Translations under genes and position numbers: made by a program
Assembly: GCA_048886685.1 (NCBI GenBank)
Contig: JBHLKM010000012.1
Location: forward strand, 17,576-81,575
Length of the DNA: 64,000 bases
Source: Candidatus Hodarchaeota archaeon
Lineage (GTDB): Archaea; Asgardarchaeota; Lokiarchaeia; Sigyniarchaeales; SOKP01
Direction of reading: 5' to 3'
The notes under the pieces: generated by a model
Database searches by the model: none
Told to the model about the DNA's origin: nothing
What the model saw: the letters and a program-made list of their open reading frames with translations, nothing else
Part shown: in pieces, positions 60,268 to 64,000 of the stretch
Position numbering within the stretch: the stretch's first letter is position 1
Layout of the letters: the number at the start of each line of letters is the position of its first letter

Positions 60268-60509
60268 AATTTAATTCATATTACCACTTTTCAATCTTTA
60301 TATTCAAATAATTCTTTATAGAATTAAAACTATTAACTATTAACTACTATTCCTCTTCAATTCAAATAAAAACTAGTTAGATTATAGATTTAATTTATAA
60401 AGATCTGATCATATAATATCTTTAGGATGAAAATTTTTCATTAAAATATAATTGATATCCACACAATTTGTATTTAAAATTAACCAATTAAAAATCAAAA
60501 TAAAAATAT

Positions 60510-60655
60510 GCCTCCTGCCTACACCCTGGATTTTTGTCTTTTGGTAGTGTAAATTTTTACACTCTGATTTCGCCCTCCAAGGTGATGGCACTCCCATGCC
60601 TGGGGAATCCCCCTATTGTATTTTTTGACGCGTATTGCGTCCGTTGGCAGGAGGC
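60510..60655 (-). ncRNA. unidentified structured RNA
   Basis: GC-rich island; 10-bp terminal helix GCCUCCUGCC/GGCAGGAGGC enclosing four stems; G-U pairs and a GGGA tetraloop favour the minus strand; U-rich run follows. Confidence 0.7.
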
Positions 60656-60952
60656 TCCTTTTATTAAAAAAATATCCAATCTTCAATTAATTGGGTCGCT
60701 TTAATAGCTTTAGCATATGAAATTTTTTACCCTCTAGTATCTTTTAATTCAAAATGTTTATGGTTTCATGGGGAAACCTTAATAAAAAACAAGTAGTTAA
60801 GAGCCTAAATTTTTGATTTTATTAAGAATTTGTAGCTTTTTTAATAATATCAATGATATTAACATAGATATTATTAAGTTTAAAAGATTTGAATATTTAT
60901 TTAAATACTAATTTAATTAAATATATAATTATAGAATATAATATTGATTCAA

Positions 60953-62692
60953 ATGACTGAGCTCGAAACTCAAACTACTAAAAAAGAAAAAAAACACTAT
61001 GAAATAATACGAACTACGACATCTCTTTGCCCCGATTGTATGAAACATATTCCTGCTGAAATAGTTGTCGATCCCGAAACAAACTGGGTAATGATGGTGA
61101 AGAGTTGTAAAGATCATGGAGAATTTAAAGACAAACTGTCGATTAATTCAGACGATTACAAGTGGCAGCAGAGGTTTACAACGGAGATAGGGTCTACGGT
61201 CAATAATACAACAAAACCAGAGTCAGTCTCCTCTGGAATTAAAGAAATCAACAAAGGATGTCCTTATGATTGTGGACTCTGTACCAATCATCAAAGTGCT
61301 CCAAATATTTGTTTAATAGATGTTACCAACCGATGTAATCTTACTTGTCCTATTTGTTTTGCCAACGCAAGTGCAAAGGGATATGTTGTCGAACCTACTT
61401 TTGATCAAGTTGTACAAATCATGGAGCATTTTCGATCAATGAAGCCTGTTCCTGCTGTTTTACTTCAATTATCAGGCGGAGAACCAACCGTGAGAGATGA
61501 CCTCCCCGACATTATTCGAAAAGGAAAAGAGTTAGGATTTACTGAACTTATGGTGACCACTAATGGCGTTAGGTTTGGTAAAGATCCTGAATTTCTAAGA
61601 AAATGCCATGAAGCAGGAATGAATGCTATTTATTTACAATTTGATGCAACAGATTCTCCTGAAATATGGAAAAAGATAAGAGGTGTGAATTTATGGCCTC
61701 TTAAAAAGAAAGTCATCGAAAATAGTCGTAAAGTCGGATTTTTTGGCGTTATTTTAGTACCAACTGTGGCAAAAGGAGTAAATGATAATCAAGTTGGTAA
61801 TATTTTAGATTATGCGAGAGATAATTCTGATGTCATTTCAGGAGTTATTTTCCAACCTGTCTCTTTAACTGGTCGTATTAGCTTCGAAGAACTAATGGAT
61901 ATACGATATACAACATCTGATCTTAAAGAAGCAATAAATAAACATACTAATGGAGCAATCGGACAATTTTACCCTATCGCGACTACCGCAAAGATGACTC
62001 AATTACTCGCTTGGTTTGATGAAATGCCTGCTTTTAGCATGACAAGCCACCAAGATTGCGGGTTTTGCACAATAGTTATCGTCAACGACAAGGGAGAGTG
62101 GGAAGCTATCGAAGATTACTTTGATATAGAAGGTTTAATCAAGTGGTCGAATAAAGTATGGGATATGGTTCAAGAACGCGAGATTCCTAAACCTACTGGA
62201 TTGCTTAAAGGCCTGCATTTAGATGATTTTGGAAAAATCTTTTCTAAAATAGGCGAATTTGTCGATGATATGACCGATTTAGGTTATAGACAGGTAATTA
62301 AGGCATATTATTTCGCGGGTGCAGCGCGTTACATCAAAGATCCTGCTAAAATTCTTACTAGCAAAACCTATCAAGGATTTGCACGACTGATAATGAACCC
62401 TAACTTTAATTCTGCCGCGAATTTCTTGCATACACGCAATTTACTCATATCAAGTATGCACTTCCAAGATTCATATAATTTTGATCTTGACAGAGTTTGT
62501 CGTTGCCTCGTTCATTATGGTGTAATAGATCCAGAAGATCCTGCAAAGGTTCGAGAAATTCCCTTCTGCGCCATGAATACGCTTCACAGACCAATAATAG
62601 AAAGACAGCTTGCAATTGAAGGTCAAACAGCAAAGAAACCTGAAGTGATTCAAGCAGAAATCGAGGAACTCTTAGAAAAGTTCCAAGAATAA
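60953..62692 (+). CDS. tes: tetraether lipid synthase (Tes / GDGT-MAS) family radical SAM enzyme
   Basis: SLCPDC...C..HG, GCPYDCGLC, DVTNRCNLTCPICFA, GGEPT, FQDSYNFD..RV.RC, IPFC. Confidence 0.88.
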   Translation: MTELETQTTKKEKKHYEIIRTTTSLCPDCMKHIPAEIVVDPETNWVMMVKSCKDHGEFKDKLSINSDDYKWQQRFTTEIGSTVNNTTKPESVSSGIKEINKGCPYDCGLCTNHQSAPNICLIDVTNRCNLTCPICFANASAKGYVVEPTFDQVVQIMEHFRSMKPVPAVLLQLSGGEPTVRDDLPDIIRKGKELGFTELMVTTNGVRFGKDPEFLRKCHEAGMNAIYLQFDATDSPEIWKKIRGVNLWPLKKKVIENSRKVGFFGVILVPTVAKGVNDNQVGNILDYARDNSDVISGVIFQPVSLTGRISFEELMDIRYTTSDLKEAINKHTNGAIGQFYPIATTAKMTQLLAWFDEMPAFSMTSHQDCGFCTIVIVNDKGEWEAIEDYFDIEGLIKWSNKVWDMVQEREIPKPTGLLKGLHLDDFGKIFSKIGEFVDDMTDLGYRQVIKAYYFAGAARYIKDPAKILTSKTYQGFARLIMNPNFNSAANFLHTRNLLISSMHFQDSYNFDLDRVCRCLVHYGVIDPEDPAKVREIPFCAMNTLHRPIIERQLAIEGQTAKKPEVIQAEIEELLEKFQE

Positions 62693-62905
62693 ATCTATTT
62701 CTTTTATTTCTTTTAATTTTATAATCTACTCATTATTATTCCCATAAATACTCTTCAATTTAAACATTATTAAACTCCTTTATATAATGCAAATTACTGT
62801 TAATAGCTGTTCAAAAGTTTGAACACGCCAATGTTTTTAAATTGAAGAGTTATCTATATTTGTGAAGATTAGATTAGAAATTTTATAAAAAAAGTATACT
62901 TCCAA

Positions 62906-64000
62906 ATGAATCCTCCTGAATCATCAAAAGGAGTTAGAGAAAAAGATGAATTTATAAAGATAAAGAATAAAATAATATTTTCAATAATTGCTTTTGGAAT
63001 TATATTAGTCTCATCATTCATTATTTACCTTAATTTCTTTGAGGATAGGAATCTGAGAAACTCGGATCAAATTCATATTATAGACAATTCGGGTTGGATT
63101 GAGTTTAGAAATGCTGGAAAATGTACTGGGTCAGGCACTATATTGGATCCCTATGTCATAAAAGATTTATATATCGAAAATGATGATCCAATTCATATTA
63201 AATATTGTATCTGGATAGAAGATTCAAACGCATTCTTTATAATTAAAAATTGTTTTCTCTTTACACCCTTCCGATTTCCCGAATTTAGAATTGGATCTGG
63301 AATTAAATTAACGAATGTAGCTAATTTTCAGTTAGTTGATAATATCTGTCAACATAATGGTGTTGGGATTTACTTAGACAACTGTAATGATGGCAATATC
63401 ACGGGGAATTATCTTTCCGTAAATGATCATGGTCTTCTTGTTGAAGATTGTACAAATGTCAATTTAACGGAAAATAATCTTGAGAGGAATTCAGGCTGGC
63501 ATCGTGGTGGTGGAATTATACTGTTAAATAATTTGTGGATCAACTGTAGAAAGAATTTGATGAATGAATGTGGACTAAAAGTAAAAGGATCTCTATATAA
63601 TCTTAATTCCTATAATATTGATGCTACTAATCTTGTGAATGGAAAACCATTATATTATTACATTAACCAAATAAATTTAGGGCCAATTAATTTTAGCAAC
63701 GCTGGACAAGTATTATTGGTTAATTGTAGTAATCCATTGATTTCAAACTTAAATCTTTTAAGTGGTTTAGTTTTACACTATTGTAATAACAATACTATTT
63801 CTGGAAACCAGAAAAATATAGTTTTACACAATGTTAATAAAAATACTATTTCTGGAAACATCGCAAATTACAACGACTATGGGATATATTTAGAGAATAG
63901 TGATAATAACAATATTACGGGAAACTTCGCAAACGACAACCACTATGGGATATATTTAGAGTATCGTGATAATAACAATATTACGGGAAACATCGCAAAT
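62906..64000 (+). CDS. membrane-anchored NosD/parallel beta-helix repeat protein (partial)
   Basis: MNPPE..., TM segment, CTGSGT..DPYVI, NLVNGKPLYYY, repeated YGIYL...NNITGN; runs off the window. Confidence 0.85.
   Translation, partial: MNPPESSKGVREKDEFIKIKNKIIFSIIAFGIILVSSFIIYLNFFEDRNLRNSDQIHIIDNSGWIEFRNAGKCTGSGTILDPYVIKDLYIENDDPIHIKYCIWIEDSNAFFIIKNCFLFTPFRFPEFRIGSGIKLTNVANFQLVDNICQHNGVGIYLDNCNDGNITGNYLSVNDHGLLVEDCTNVNLTENNLERNSGWHRGGGIILLNNLWINCRKNLMNECGLKVKGSLYNLNSYNIDATNLVNGKPLYYYINQINLGPINFSNAGQVLLVNCSNPLISNLNLLSGLVLHYCNNNTISGNQKNIVLHNVNKNTISGNIANYNDYGIYLENSDNNNITGNFANDNHYGIYLEYRDNNNITGNIAN
63875..64000 (+). repeat. 66-bp coding tandem repeat (22-aa beta-helix rungs)
   Basis: Near-identical units starting at 63875 and 63941. 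Confidence 0.8.

Noticed and set aside
60409-60597. 62-aa ORF
   Set aside because: It overlaps the structured RNA and its U-rich tail and has no protein-like features.
60510-60720. Fluoride, M-box (GAGGCTCCT), yybP-ykoY or Moco riboswitch, tRNA-Sec, SRP or RNase P RNA
   Set aside because: Only short partial motifs; the required partner motifs are missing, out of order or on the opposite strand; no T-arm, SRP helix 8 or P4 consensus.
1702-62653. Numerous short antisense or nested ORFs in the track (e.g. 1702-1908, 4167-4394, 24292-24573, 36185-36505, 59954-60274, 62445-62653)
   Set aside because: They are shadows of well-supported genes on the opposite strand or in another frame.
63875-64000. 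Diversity-generating retroelement TR/VR pair
   Set aside because: The repeats are adjacent and in frame, the differences are not restricted to adenines, and no reverse transcriptase is in the window.

Overview
AT-rich, gene-dense archaeal chromosome segment that most likely comes from an Asgard archaeon (Lokiarchaeia-like). The assignment is inferred from five Rab/Ras-like small GTPases, longin/roadblock-type proteins, ribosomal protein eL22, aIF2-gamma, aIF1A, Spt5, TFS, form III RuBisCO with R15P isomerase and tetraether synthase. No CRISPR array, tRNA or intact transposase was seen. Main observations: (1) an apparently circularly permuted 5S rRNA gene (27746-27895, minus), with its 3' half before its 5' half, helix I closed by a UCCG tetraloop, the break in loop C, a long flanking stem and a helix IV expansion segment; (2) a stand-alone circularly permuted Rab-like GTPase with motif order G3-G4-G5-G1-G2 (8539-9195); (3) an unidentified 146-nt structured RNA (60510-60655); (4) a protein made of ten 35-aa tandem repeats; (5) unusual fusions or insertions, namely HhH-aIF2-gamma and a ~215-aa insert inside an ABC ATPase domain. 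All calls come from motif recognition by eye; no database searches were run.
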